A stretch of 64,000 nt of DNA from Vicugna vicugna (GCA_013265495.1 MU057947.1:1387070-1451069), one strand, 5' to 3'; shown: positions 26,665 through 40,490, numbered from the stretch's first letter. Notes: generated from the letters alone by a model not told the origin. Numbers and translations are program-made.

Positions 26665-27021
26665 GGATGGCCGGCTTCTCCAGAGAAACAGAGCTGGTGG
26701 CACATGTGCAGTTGGACGGCTTTTACAGGAACTGGCTCGTGTGACGGGGGACAGCCACGTCTGAACTCCTCCGGGCAGGCTGGGAGCTCAGGCGGGATTC
26801 AGTGCCGCACTTTTGAGGCTGACTGTCTGTCTGCTCCAGGAAACATTCAGCGGATGGGGGGACGCCCACCCACGTTATCAAGGGTAATCACCCTCGTTTA
26901 GAGTCAATGGATTGTCGTTGTCAACCACCGACCAAACCCCTCACGGCAGCACTTGGGCTCGTGTTTGATGACATAACCGAGTACCGCAGCCTGGCCAGGT
27001 TGACACAGATGGGCCATCACA
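26665..27021 (-). mobile_element. MLT2 (ERVL) solo LTR
   Basis: Reverse complement begins tgtgatggcccatctgtgtcaacctggccaggct...atcaaacac...gtgattacccttgataacgtgggtggg and ends ctgtttctctggagaa, like MLT2B/D. Confidence 0.8.
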
Positions 27022-30000
27022 GGGGCTAACCTGAGCTTGGCTAGGTCGGCGGGCACCGTACCTGCAGAGCCGTGAGAAAGTGGCTGGAAGGTGGGATCTG
27101 CTGCCGTCCCTCCACCGGAGACCCCCAGCTCGGGCCCAGGTCCACACGACCCCCTCGGGGCAGAGGGCCCCTCGGGGTTGTCCTCGGGCACGGCCGGGGG
27201 ATGCGGGCGGGGGCCAGCGGGGTCTCTCCAGGTGTCTGGGAAGCACACAACCGTGCAGTCCTGGGGAGGGTGCTGATCGGCACCTGGTGTTGGAGACAGA
27301 GCACGTTGGCTGGAAGAACCAGTGTTGTGGTTGTGGCCTTGCCTGGGTCACTCTCTCCAAATAAGGTTTTGTTGTCTGCTGAATGGGACTGTCACAGCAA
27401 TCCCTAAACAGGCTCCTGTGTGTAGAGATGAGGACAACAGGTTCCGACCCTAAGGAACGTTGTGAGGGAGACTGGGGCTAAGTGGTGCTGCGGTCCAGCT
27501 GGGCGGGCCCTCAGTGGCACAGGGACGGAGCCCAGGGCAGCCCTGGGGAGGGGCCACCCCCGTGGAGTTGGGGACGCTGAGTAAGTGGGCGCCTCTGGGG
27601 CGTCTGCAAGGAGACCAGCTCTTTGGCTGGACAAAGGGAAAGCCAAGGGCACTTGTGACAAGCGGGCACAGGAAGACCCGGGTGGTGGAGAGGAAGGGGC
27701 ACGCGCAGGACGGGCAGCGAGGGCGCTGGATGGGTCAGATCAGAGGGCCCTGGGCGCCCCCTGCCCGGGCTCAGACATGATAGAACCACTGGTAAGAAGC
27801 GCGTGGTGCCAGGTCAGGGGCAGACACGATTAGAACTGTGTTTTCAAAGAACTTTGGATGAGAGTTTGGCAAACTGGCTCAAGGAGAAGGAAGAGCACCG
27901 AAAGCAAGAGGTTGACTCAGGGCTTTTACAAGCGTCCAGGCCAGGGGTGGAGAAGGCGGGTAAGGCTGCAGGTGTGGGATGTGGGGGGCAGACCCTGCCG
28001 GCTTGGCAGTGATGGGACAGGAGGGTGGAGGGCAGGACACGGGGCTCTGGGCTCTGCCTGCAGTGCTGGGACTGGGGTCAGAATTGGGACGAGACAGTTC
28101 TTGTCCCAAAGCAACGACCCTCGAAGGTACAACCTGGGGACCGGTGGCTCTGGGTGGGGTGCTGGGGTCAGGGGCCCCACTCCAGGCTGCTCAGACCCCA
28201 CCTTGACCAGTGCTGTGGGGTGAGATGCCACCCCGATCAGTCCGTTTTCCAAACGTGAACGCACTGTGGGTTCAGAAACTCTCCCCCTGGCAGAGAGCCC
28301 TGCGTCCTCTGTGCAGGAAGGTGACAGACCACAGCGGACATGTCACCATACGCACAGAGGCTCCGGGCCCCCGACTCCATTCGGCCACTCCACTCTCCGC
28401 CCATTTCTTGACCGGAGACTCTGACTTGGTCAGTGACCCCATCTCTCATCTCCTGTTCAGAATCAGGGCCACGAGCTTCCTGTAGAAAAGGGCCAACCCG
28501 GGGAGGGCAGCCCAGGCTGCCAACGTAGCTCCGACCCGAACCAGAGCACCCTCCGTCGTCTGGACACCGGCCTGCTCCTCCTGGCCCCACTTCCTGTCCT
28601 CCCCCACCCACCCTTCACGCTGCCCTGGTCTCCCTTGGACTTGCTCATGGGACCACACGCCACCAGCATGTCGTCCTGAAGGGCTTCCTGCTGCCCTGAA
28701 GATGGAGGCAAGGCCCCCGTGGTGCCCCCACACCGTGGCGCAGCCCCTCTGACAACGGCTGGTCACTTTCCGTCCAGTGCACCTGCCCCTTTCCCAGCTC
28801 AGCCCTTCCCGCACAGCGTTCCAGCCATCTGGAGGTCACTCCCGCCTGCCTCCTCCCCTAAGCCATTCCTGTGGCCCTTCAGAGCGGGCTCTGTGACACT
28901 CTCCTCTCCTGGCTTCCTTGTCTTGGGCAGCCTTGACCTGGTGGCCCTGTTGAGGTCCACACAGGACCTGCCCTCTGGCACCTCGGTCAGCACCCACCCA
29001 CTCGTACTGACCCTGCTGTCAGAGGACCTTTCTGGTTGCTGGCCGCGGGACACTGTCTCCTCCTCCCCTGGCTCCCTGCAGGCGGGGGCACACATGCTCA
29101 GAGCCCAGGTGCCCGGGGCAGCACGGGCCTCGCGCTGCCGGCCGGGCAAGAGACAGCAGGGACAGACATGTTTGCGGGAGGGCCCTGCTCCGAGCAGAGC
29201 AGCGGCTAACAATGAGAGCTCTCTAGTCACGGCTGAGACAGCAGGAGGCCCGGCAGGATCGGCTGCGATTAAGAATTCATTTATTGATGTTTCTAAATAA
29301 ATGGATTGTTGGAAAACGCCAAGCACACCCTGGTGAGCAGAGAGAATCTGGGGTCTGTCCCTGTTTGGGGGTTCTGACACAAGTCTGTGGCAATATCCAG
29401 CATCAGAGTTCCCCTCTGCAGGGCCGGGAAGGAGGCTGGCCGGCCGGGGCGTGGCTGCCCCGCTGTGACCTCAGCACCGCCTGCCTCCTGCTGCTCCGGG
29501 GCTCCCGGGCCACACGGTCTGGTCTGGGCGCCCTCGCTGCCCCTGGAGACGCAGAGACGCCCACCTGCCCTTCCTCTCCGCCCTGCTCTGGACTTGGGAC
29601 CATAGCATCAGGGCTTCGCCTCCAACGTCCCTCGGGGAGCCTGCCACTTCCCTCCCCACTGCCCGCTCCCTGTGAGCCTGAGCTCGCTGTGGCCGTGGCC
29701 ATGGCCACTTCCCTCTGCCTGGGCCCCAGGCCTCCACCAGCCCTCCCGCAAGCTGCGGCTCTCCTGGGCCCTGCTGGCTGCTCCCTCCCCGCCCCTCCCT
29801 GCGGCATCACCCTCCGGGGCTGCCCTCTTCCTGCGGATCCCCTCAGCCCCACCCATCGCTTTGCCCAGGGCCCCTGCCTTCCAGTCTCCTCCGTGACGCC
29901 TTGGAGGCTGTGTCTGGGTCCAGCTGGGACCCTGAGTCCCAAGCGACCCGAGCCCCGGGCATCTCCAGCAGGCCTGGACCCGGTGCTCAGCCGGTGCCCG

Positions 30001-30717
30001 GCCGTGCTCTCGGGCTCTCAGGTGCTTGCAGGGTTCAGCAGGACATAGAGGGACATTCCTGGACCCGGGAAGATGCCTCTCTTTATGGGGACCTGATCCC
30101 TGTCCTCGAGCCTGCCTTCAGGAGGGATGTGGGCGGAGGAGGGGACGCCCGTCAGCAGAAAGTTCCCCCAGACAACCCTGGCGGGGCCACTGTCGAAGTG
30201 CCCCTGAGCCAGGACGGGTGGGCAGCGGTCTGTGGCTCCCCCCGGGGCGAGGGGCTTGCCCACACTCGGTCTTGGTCCCTGGGCCTCATACTACCCCCAA
30301 GAAATGCAGGGAAAGTCACTCGTCCTCTAAAAGCCAGTTTACAGATGTTACCAGACTTCCCATCAGACTTCAAAGCCTTCTACTGTCAGCCTCCAAAGAA
30401 AGAATCGTTTCTTATTAATTATCAGGGGACAGAAGGGAAGGACAGGTGAGCCTGGAGTGCTTTAAAGAAGCAAAAAGGCTGAATTGAAAATAGACGTGCG
30501 CTTTCAGCCCCCACGACCCCAGCTTGCAGAGTGAGAGGCAATGAACCAGCTTCACCGGGATGAGCCGCGGCACGTGCTGCGTCCTCAGTTCACTCTGGGT
30601 GCAGGGGAAGCGGGCTCTGGACGTGTCCCTGCCCTCCGGGATGCGGCCTCCGCTCTGCAGGAACACGCCACGATCTCCCTAAGGTTCCCCAAACCATTTA
30701 ACTTCTCTCGACGTGCG

Positions 30718-32128
30718 CGCCACGATCCGAGCGCAACAGTGACGCATGGGAATACCGCCCCTCGGTTGATTTCCAAACTCACCGTGTAGTTCTCAAGGAT
30801 CTGATTAATCTTACTCTGATTCTGTGGGTAATGGAGCTGTGCTGACGCCGCCAGCCTCGGCGGTTCCGCTCACTCTCACTTTTACTCCTTTCGGTGTCTC
30901 TGGCTCCTGCTGGCATCGGCCGGGATAGAGCTTTGCATGAACAAGGCCCTGCTTATTCAGGAAAGGAGGTTGGGCTATTTCACGGCACACGGGAAGGGGG
31001 CAGGGGCTTCAATTCTGTGGGAAATGCGTCTTTTCTGTAATCCTTCTACGTGACTCTGAGGTCAAAGAGCATCATACTCAGCACTGGGCCCAGGGTACCA
31101 GGGACCCCCGTCTCCTCCAGGCGTGGCCGGGGCCCCCACCCTGCTGTGGTGACTTTCAGGTCCAGGATCCATCTGCTTGTGCCCACATTTGTTTTCTCCC
31201 TTAGGAAGCCCCAGTTCATGCTTTGCTGATGGGAGTGCAAAGTGTCACCCTCTCCGTTTTTCTGTGCTGTGTTTCAGGATGAAAAAGGAAAGTGAACACT
31301 ATGGTTATATTTTCAGGCCGTTCTGGGGTCCCCAGCTTTACAGCAGGCTACCTCAGGCCACCTCCGCTGACCACGGAAGGCCCCTGTGGTTGGCAGGGCA
31401 TTTACTTACTCGCAAAGTGGCCTGTGCTGGGTTCGGGGCTGGTGTGAGCTGCTCTGTGTTTCCTAAAAAGACAGGTTCACGTCCTGCCTAACTTCTGCTT
31501 TGTGTCCATGTGGCTTGTTTTAAAATAGGGTTTTTGCAGATCCAAGTTGTAATCAAGTTAAGGTGGGGTCTTAACTAGAGTAAGGGGATGGCTGGAGAAT
31601 TTATCGACGAGAGATGAGAACAGGCACCCAGAGAAGGAGGCCATGTGACGGCAGAGGCAGAGGCTGGGATGATGCGGCCACGAGCCAGGGAGGCCAGGAG
31701 CCACCAGACGCTGGAAGAATGGAGGAAGGGCCCTCCTCCAGCCCCTGCTCAGAGAGCATGGGCCTACAGACTCGTGGACTTAGGCTTCCAGCCTCCGGAA
31801 CTGTGAGAGGGTGAATTTCTGTGGCTTTTAGCTGCCTGCTCGGTGCTTTGTGTCAGCAGCCGGGGCCACTGATACCACAGACCAGCTTTGTTCCACCTGT
31901 CGGGGATGGGATCTCCGAGCAGCCTAATTCCTCTGGTCTGGCACGAGGTTCTTCCAAACATCAGGTCTTGGGCAGGGACCAGGAGGAAGCCCCACCCTCC
32001 TGCCAAGCGTCCAGCTGGGGACTTGTCCACGCTCTGCCCTCAGGAAGCCCACCGGGAAAGCTGGACGAACACGGAGCCACGGGGCCCTCCAGCTTCCCCA
32101 AGGCCGGGGAGGGACCTGCAGCGGGTTG
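30718..32128 (+). repeat. Copy 1 of ~1.4 kb direct duplication flanking the gap
   Basis: Near-identical to 32934-34328. Confidence 0.97.
31505..31880 (+). mobile_element. MLT1B/C-like MaLR LTR (also present in copy 2 at ~33710-34080)
   Basis: aaatagggtttttgcagat...aggccatgtgacggcagaggcagaggctgg...gcttccagcctccggaactgtgagagggtgaatttctgtggctttta. Confidence 0.8.
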
Positions 32129-32933
32129 NNNNNNNNNNNNNNNNNNNNNNNNNNNNNNNNNNNNNNNNNNNNNNNNNNNNNNNNNNNNNNNNNNNNNNNN
32201 NNNNNNNNNNNNNNNNNNNNNNNNNNNNNNNNNNNNNNNNNNNNNNNNNNNNNNNNNNNNNNNNNNNNNNNNNNNNNNNNNNNNNNNNNNNNNNNNNNNN
32301 NNNNNNNNNNNNNNNNNNNNNNNNNNNNNNNNNNNNNNNNNNNNNNNNNNNNNNNNNNNNNNNNNNNNNNNNNNNNNNNNNNNNNNNNNNNNNNNNNNNN
32401 NNNNNNNNNNNNNNNNNNNNNNNNNNNNNNNNNNNNNNNNNNNNNNNNNNNNNNNNNNNNNNNNNNNNNNNNNNNNNNNNNNNNNNNNNNNNNNNNNNNN
32501 NNNNNNNNNNNNNNNNNNNNNNNNNNNNNNNNNNNNNNNNNNNNNNNNNNNNNNNNNNNNNNNNNNNNNNNNNNNNNNNNNNNNNNNNNNNNNNNNNNNN
32601 NNNNNNNNNNNNNNNNNNNNNNNNNNNNNNNNNNNNNNNNNNNNNNNNNNNNNNNNNNNNNNNNNNNNNNNNNNNNNNNNNNNNNNNNNNNNNNNNNNNN
32701 NNNNNNNNNNNNNNNNNNNNNNNNNNNNNNNNNNNNNNNNNNNNNNNNNNNNNNNNNNNNNNNNNNNNNNNNNNNNNNNNNNNNNNNNNNNNNNNNNNNN
32801 NNNNNNNNNNNNNNNNNNNNNNNNNNNNNNNNNNNNNNNNNNNNNNNNNNNNNNNNNNNNNNNNNNNNNNNNNNNNNNNNNNNNNNNNNNNNNNNNNNNN
32901 NNNNNNNNNNNNNNNNNNNNNNNNNNNNNNNNN
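32129..32933. other. Assembly gap (805 N)
   Basis: Run of N. Confidence 1.
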
Positions 32934-34328
32934 CGCCACGATCCGAGCGCAACAGTGACGCATGGGAATACCGCCCCTCGGTTGATTTCCAAACTCACCG
33001 TGTAGTTCTCAAGGATCCGATTAATCTTACTCTGATTCTGTGGGTAACGGAGCTGTGCTGACGCCGCCAGCCTCGGCGGTTCCGCTCACTCTCACTTTTA
33101 CTCCTTTCGGTGTCTCTGGCTCCTGCTGGCATCGGCCGGGATAGAGCTTTGCATGAACAAGGCCCTGCTTATTCAGGAAAGGAGGTTGGGCTATTTCACG
33201 GCACACGGGAAGGGGGCAGGGGCTTCAATTCTGTGGGAAATGCGTCTTTTCTGTAATCCTTCTACGTGACTCTGAGGTCAAAGAGCATCATACTCAGCAC
33301 TGGGCCCAGGGTACCAGGGACCCCCGTCTCCTCCAGGCGTGGCCGGGGCCCCCACCCTGCTGTGGTGACTTTCAGGTCCAGGATCCATCTGCTTGTGCCC
33401 ACATTTGTTTTCTCCCTTAGGAAGCCCCAGTTCATGCTTTGCTGATGGGAGTCCAAAGTGTCACCTTGTCGTTTTTCTGTGCTGTGTTTCAGGATGAAAA
33501 AGGAAAGTGAACACTATGGTTATATTTTCAGGCCGTTCTGGGGTCCCCAGCTTTACAGCAGGCTACCTCAGGCCACCTCCGCTGACCACGGAAGGCCCCT
33601 GTGGTTGGCAGGGCATTTACTTACTCGCAAAGTGGCCTGTGCTGGGTTCGGGGCTGGTGTGAGCTGCTCTGTGTTTCCTAAAAAGACAGGTTCACGTCCT
33701 ACCTAACTTCTGGCTTGTTTTAAAATAGGGTTTTTGCAGATCCAAGTTGTAATCAAGTTAAGGTGGGGTCTTAACTAGAGTAAGGGGATGGCTGGAGAAT
33801 TTATCGACGAGAGATGAGAACAGGCACCCAGAGAAGGAGGCCATGTGACGGCAGAGGCAGAGGCTGGGATGATGCGGCCACGAGCCAGGGAGGCCAGGAG
33901 CCACCAGACGCTGGAAGAATGGAGGAAGGGCCCTCCTCCAGCCCCTGCTCAGAGAGCATGGGCCTACAGACTCGTGGACTTAGGCTTCCAGCCTCCGGAA
34001 CTGTGAGAGGGTGAATTTCTGTGGCTTTTAGCTGCCTGCTCGGTGCTTTGTGTCAGCAGCCGGGGCCACTGATACCACAGACCAGCTTTGTTCCACCTGT
34101 CGGGGATGGGATCTCCGAGCAGCCTAATTCCTCCGGTCTGGCACGAGGTTCTTCCAAACATCAGGTCTTGGGCAGGGACCAGGAGGAAGCCCCACCCTCC
34201 TGCCAAGCGTCCAGCTGGGGACTTGTCCACGCTCTGCCCTCAGGAAGCCCACCGGGAAAGGTGGACGAACACGGAGCCACGGGGTCCTCCAGCTTCCCCA
34301 AGGCCGGGGAGGGACCTGCAGCGGGTTG
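32934..34328 (+). repeat. Copy 2 of ~1.4 kb direct duplication flanking the gap
   Basis: Starts at the first base after the gap (cgccacgatccgagcg) and matches 30718-32128 apart from a few SNPs and 16 nt of net indel. Confidence 0.97.
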
Positions 34329-36940
34329 GTGCTCTTGGTGCAGTTTGCGAAGCTCACCCACGCTGCCATCTGATTGTCCTGCTTTCTTTCCACTCGCAGT
34401 TCCTGTGGGGCCTGCTCCTCTTCGGGTGGGCTGGTGCGGCGGCCACAGGCGCGTCTGGGGGCTGAGCCGGGGAGGCCCTGGGCTCCTGCGTGCTGGGCCT
34501 CTACTCATGGGCTTCAGAGCCGCTTGCGGGTGGAGCCAGTTGCTGCTCGAAGCTTCCAGGAGCTGGTAAGGGGCAGGGCCTGACTGGCTCCAAGGTTGAG
34601 CTGACGGTCCTGCTGGGTCTCCACACGGCCCAAGATGGCCTGCCTCCTGCCCAGCCAGCGCTGCCCAGGCCTTAGGAAGCCCAGCCCTGAGAGCAGTGGT
34701 TTACGGCCAGTGGTGGACGCCGGCCCTCCCCGCCCGCACTGTCCCCATGTTTGCTGCACTGGCTCCTGCTGTCCCTTCCCGACTACAGATGGGCGTCATC
34801 GGCTCCGGTGATTTGTCCTGAAACGCCGAGGTGGACAGAGACAGCAGGCGGGTCCTCAGTAGGTATGTTTCCAGGTTTGACAACAATCTGAAAAAATGTC
34901 CTGACATCACCGACACTGAGATAGGAAGAAAGAAATCTTTCTAAACAGCGATAATAATAACATAAAAGTTTCACTGAGCTGTGCCGGCGAGTGGGCCGCC
35001 AGCCGCCTGGGGCACGACGCCACGGCGCTGTCCTTCGAAGACGCAGTCAGAGGTCACGTGCCCCGAGGAGCGGGCTGGGGGGGCTGTGCATTAATGAGGA
35101 AGTTATGTGTTTTTCCTGGATTTTGTGATGTTGGCGGCCTTCCCAGCACCTGTGAGTTTAAAATGTGTGTTGATTTCTTTTTCTTTGTATTTACTTTCGT
35201 GCCCTATTTTGTGTTTTCTTTCCTAAAGAGGCCTCTCGGCTCCAGCCCTGGGCCCACTGTGTTTCCCCACCCAGTGTGTCCTGTGTGAGCCCCGTGGGTG
35301 CAGGAGGCTCCCCATCCTGACGGCCCATCACCCGCAGGTCAGGGCTCGCCCTTCTCTGCTTGAACTGAGCCAGATTTCGCGTTCCCGCAAATCCCTCTGG
35401 GCCCCGGGATCCCGTCCTCGGCCCCTCCTGGTGCTCTCAGGCTCTGCAGGGTGTTTCCCTGGAGGAGGGCGAGGGTCAGGCTGGGACCCTAGGGCGGTGG
35501 GTTGAGTGCATGACTCTGTCCTGCTCTCTGGCACAAGCCTGAGCTGGCGTGTGTGCTTCTGGGCACCGGGGAGAAATGAGCAGGGGGAGTGGGTGGCGGG
35601 GGTGATGGTTGCATCTGAGGTCCTGAGTCAAGGGCTTGGCCCAGGGGAGGCTGACAAGCGAGCGGCCACACGTGGGATGTTAACTTTAACATGCGGTGGC
35701 TCTAACAGCAAGTAGGAGCCAGGGAGGCCCCGAGTCCTGGGCCCTAGAACAGCAGCTCCTTTGCACCTGGAGGGATCGGGGAGGCAGGAAGGAGGCACGA
35801 AGGAGGCACGCCTTCCTTGCTCTGTGGGTGTTTAGCGCGTCGGGAGAAGGAGATAACCCGCCTAAAACCTCCGTGGACCCAGCCTCCTCGCGGGAGTTCC
35901 AGGGCGACTTCCAGAGGTGGTTTGCAAGGCTGAGAGCTGAGGGTGGGCCCCTGCCGCTGCCCAGGGGGCCCAGTGCCTGCCCCGTGGCCTCTGCCGTGCA
36001 GTGGTGATGCCCACGCGTCCCGAGTGCGAGCCCCAGCTCCAGCTCCTCGGCACGGCCGCCGCACGCCGCCTCGCCTGTCCACCTGTAAGAGGGCAGAAGG
36101 AGGACGGCTGCTTTGCAAGGCTCTTGTCGCTTTAGGTTAGTTGATGCCTGTGGTCACAGTACGTAAGCATTGCAGGAGCGTCGGCTTTGTCGCTGTCCCC
36201 GCCGCCTGGCAATCCAGGCACGTGGTCCACGCGAGGAGACCGAGCCCCGCGAGGGCTGCTCAGGTGGAGACTGGGGATGCTTACCCGCCGTGCCTCACGT
36301 CACGGAGGAGGCAGGTTGGGACACAGATGCCTTTCAGTTTTTTCACATCGAGCCGTTGGTTTGTCGCTGGACGAGAAAGGATGGTTCACACCCCAGGCTT
36401 CTGCTCCTCCTCCTCCTTCACTTCCTTCCTTGTTGAACCTAAGGAGCGTCTGCCTCGGGGGGGTTGCAGAGGGCTCAGCAAGAGCCCGGGCGACGGCTCC
36501 CCGAGGGCTGGGGACCCGTGGCCCCGAACATCAGCCACGTGGAAGCATGGCCACAGCGGTCCACATCCCGCAACGCCCAGGTTAGTACTCGTTCGGTGTT
36601 TCCTACAGCTCTGCCATGCCTGAAACGAAATGTATTATTTAAAAAGTAATAAGTATGTACATCAACACCTCGTGCAGAAGGCTGTTACCACTTGACCAAA
36701 GGAAAAGATAACCATTATGACGTATAGAACTCACTAATTTGTTCAGTAATATACGTATGAGCGGATAAGAGAATTGTAAATACATTCTTGGACGAATGTA
36801 CATGTATAGTGTGATGAGTGAATGTGTATGTAATTTTTCATATTAGTATTACGTATGTTATATAGAGAGATATATTTTATATATTAAAATGTATGTTAAT
36901 ATGTTAATGTGACCAACATACATAATCTCTCTCTAGTCCG

Positions 36941-36973
36941 TCTGTCTGTCTGTCTGTCTGTCTGTGTGTGTGT
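36941..36973. repeat. (TCTG)6(TG)n compound microsatellite
   Basis: tctgtctgtctgtctgtctgtctgtgtgtgtgt. Confidence 0.9.
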
Positions 36974-38833
36974 AGCACGTGTTACCTGCTCGGGGCTGGG
37001 AACAGGAGGGGTGGGCGGGGTGTTGCCCTCCTGGAGTTTCGGTGCTGGGGCGGGAAGGGAGCCGCGATCCGGCAGGTACCTTAATGGTGACAGACAGACG
37101 CCATCTGAGGTCGTCCCATGTTGGAGGCAGTGAAGCCGGGGTGATGAGGACGGGCCTTGTAGGAAACAGGATTTGGGGTGAGACATGTGATGAGACGCTG
37201 GGTCATTAATTCCTGGCTCCAGAGGGGCAGCCGGAGTGGCCTCCGGACGGCTGGACGGCGGTGCAAACACCTGCACTTTCCAGTCTCCAGGCTCTCGTTC
37301 TCCCTCAGCTCCGTTTGCTGCTGTTGAAGGTTTGCGCTCTGTTTGCCAACAGATCCATGTATTCCCTGCGGCCGGAGTGGGAAACAGAGTGGATGCAGAC
37401 TCCCCCAGCCGGCCCCGCTGCTGGGTTGTGGGGGCTTGCCCCCTGTTCAGAGATGACAGCCCCGTGAGCTGGTCTCCTCCTCTGGCTTTGAAATAGTGGA
37501 GACACGGGCTGTCTTCCTAGATATGGTGGTAAAGACCTTTGAGAACGGATTCCTCTCATTCTTCACATGTTAACTGAAATTTCAATTGATTCTTAATGGA
37601 AAAAGAACAGAAAAGAAAAACACTCCATCGATGTACCCTGAATAGGATTTCGTGCTATTTTGCCTTCAGACTGCAGCCTCCCGTCATGGGCGAATCACTG
37701 GGCGCCTTGCAAACAGCTGAGACCCTGGCTCTGGAAGGATCCTTCCAGGCAGTGGGGGGGGGTGGGAGAGCCTGGGGCTGGGCCGGCTCGGGGGGCTCGG
37801 AGCTGGTGGAGAGCAGTCAGCTGAGAGCGGCTCTCAGGTACGGGACCTGCAGACGGGTGCACCTCCCCTTGCCTGACTGTCTAAATTAGGCTTCAGAGCT
37901 TCTGTGTCCACCCGAACCTCACAAACCCATAGGCAGAGGCAGCATCCAAGTGACGCCTCCCCGTTTCTGTGGGAAGAAGTGCCTGGTGAGGTGAGAAGGC
38001 CGGACCAGTGCCCGCGCTGTCCGCCACGTGCAGCCCAGTGTGCAGAACTGGTTCCCTGCACAGTCGCTGGGCTCCTAGTGGACACGCCCACCCTTTGCAG
38101 TGGACAGAACGAACCCTGCTTGTCAGGACGCAGGCTGAGCAGACGTGATCGCATCCACTCGTTTGTAAGGTTTTAGGGAAGGACCAGGAACCTGACATTT
38201 GCAAGGACATCCTCGAACGTTGTGATGGAAACGCCCTGCGTGCAGTAAAGCTGTTTTCATGTCAGAGTTGCTTCATTGCTGTACAGAAATTCCTCCATTA
38301 AAATGTTTTAAAATATTCAGAGTTAAAATGTTTCTGTATTCAAAAGGCATACATGGGGTAAAGCAGAAGTCCTGTTTCTAAGTGAGGGTGTTGGTGCCCT
38401 GAAGGCTGAGCTTGGAAGCTCCCACTTTCAAAACCCCCCTCCCACAGCCGGAAGCACACTTTCTGTGGCCACTTTTCCTAGCACCTCGGGGGCCTCTGTA
38501 AAGAGCTGTGTTTAATAGCATCAGATTTCCCAGAATTAATCATCAAACCAACCAACACAACGAACAGCCAGGCCCGGTCCGAGCCCAGCTCTGTGATGGG
38601 CGTGTAGCTTGGTTCCTGATTCCAGGAAGCAGCACCTGACAGGCGGGATGTCTGCTCCGGATGCTCCGGGGGCCGAGGAGGGTGGGCACCTCGCCCACGG
38701 TTAACGGGAGACCCTGGGCTGCTGGGCGGAGGAAGGACAGAGGGGTCCGGCCACAAGGTGCATCCTGATACGTAAGTAGCCTGGTGCCCTGCTGCTCGGG
38801 GCGGAGTGAATCCTCCTGAAAACTTCCCTCCAT

Positions 38834-38903
38834 CAGGCCGGGCGGCGCGCTGACCCAGGCTGGGCAGTGTGCTGACCCAGGCCGGGCGGTGTGCTGACCC
38901 AGG
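38834..38903. repeat. 22-bp tandem repeat, ~3.2 copies
   Basis: caggccgggcggcgcgctgacc / caggctgggcagtgtgctgacc / caggccgggcggtgtgctgacc / cagg. Confidence 0.9.
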
Positions 38904-40490
38904 AGCTCCACTCAGTGACTTGAAAGAGGGAAGCATTTTATCAGGAAAAAAATGGTCTCCAACCCAGTAACTTAAAAAACAAGAAATCAAAAAAGATCGG
39001 TCAAAATGAAACAAACTAAAACGGAAAGGAAATGCAGCCTTCTGTCCCCTGGGGCAGCGTACTAGGCGCCCAGGACACACTGCGGCGGCTTAGGTAAAGG
39101 GCTCAAGTGTCTGCAGGGGGGTCTCCGGGACTCCCACCAGGGGTTGCTGGGCCAGCCTGGCCGGCGTGTGTACGGGGGTGTCAGGGGCTGGACATGGAGG
39201 CTCTCGGCCGCCCGAGGGCCCAGCCCACAACTGGAACTCCTCCAGGGGCACAGGCTCCCCCCAGGGGACTTCCCCGGCCCCCCCCTCTGTCCCCACTGCC
39301 TCCTGGTGACAGGTGGCCGGGGAGGGTCCCACTGGGAAAGGCAGAGTCCTCAGGAAAGACACGGGACGGCAGAGTCCTCGATATGAAAATGAATGACTCT
39401 GGCTCTGGAAAGAGCGGAGTCTGACCACCTCCTTGCACCCCGAGCAGCGGGGGCGGGGGGCAGGGAGCAGACGCGGCCCCCCATGGGCCGTGCGTGGACG
39501 GCACGGTTTTCTGGGTCCTCCTGGTGGTCACACTTCTTTCTTCTCTAGAGCACTTCCACTTACTTCATTTAGAATAAATAACCCCTAAGTACATCCTGGA
39601 CTGGCTCACACGACAGAGTCGGAAATCAGAAGAAAACAGCACAAAGAAAAACTTTGTCTCAGCAAGGGAAGGCGAATATACACATAAGTTCCCCCCAGAA
39701 ATGCAGCTTGGTGCTCTGGGTACCAGCTCTGGGACCCTCGGAACTTCCTGGAGGTGTTTGCCTTGAGAGCCCCCTTCCACACCCACCCCCCCCAAAGGTA
39801 GAGTCATCTTACAACAAGAAAGATCTTTTTGCTTTAAGATGATTTTAGCACACTGCTTTAGGAAACTTTCTAACAACTTTATCCGTCCTTCATCAGCGTC
39901 ATGCTCTGTGGGCCTGCTGCGCAACGGAAGCCAAGATGCATCCAGCAATTCTGTTTTGCCCCCTTGGATGCTAACTTGTTGACAGGAAGCCCTCCACACA
40001 GGAGACCATGCATGCAGGATCAGGTGTACGTGCTCCAGTGGCTCGGGGCTTTGGTACCCTCCCTAGGATTTCTTTCAAATATTCATGGGTTCAGAAATGT
40101 AAAGTGCAGAAAAAGAAAAAGAAGGTACAGACCAGAAGAACTCACTGATTTCAACTCACATGGCAGCTCCGGCTGACCTCTGATGGTGCAGCCTGGAGTC
40201 GTGTGTTGAGAAGGATTCTGAAGGTGAGAGACTTGTCGGTGGTGTGTGCCTTGGTGGTGGTGGAGAGGGGGACTGGGGCCACAGTTACCCCTCCTGACAT
40301 GTCATGTTGGGTGAAAGGAGGAGAGAAGTTTGTGTCTTTAGAGAATGTGAGGGCTGAAGGCTTTCCCTACGTTATTTTAGAAAGAGCTTCTTCCGTTTGG
40401 GAATCAATGCCTGCCCTTGACTCTGGATGAGCGATAGCCCCGTGTTGGAGCCCTTGGCTGCTACATCATCTCAGTTCTGTTAGTTTAACG

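Noticed and set aside
30032..30445. Possible 414-nt open exon (ttgcag acceptor, CAG|gtgagc donor)
   Set aside because: Weak polypyrimidine tract, no recognisable protein similarity and no partner exons; would need RNA-seq or BLASTX support.
31821..33061. Long 307-394 aa ORFs
   Set aside because: Artefacts of translating through the N gap.
36640..36935. AT-rich block as a conserved element
   Set aside because: Largely low-complexity (TA/TG-rich) sequence grading into a microsatellite.
38834..38903. CRISPR-like array
   Set aside because: Head-to-tail repeats without spacers in a mammalian genome; no prokaryotic features anywhere in the window.
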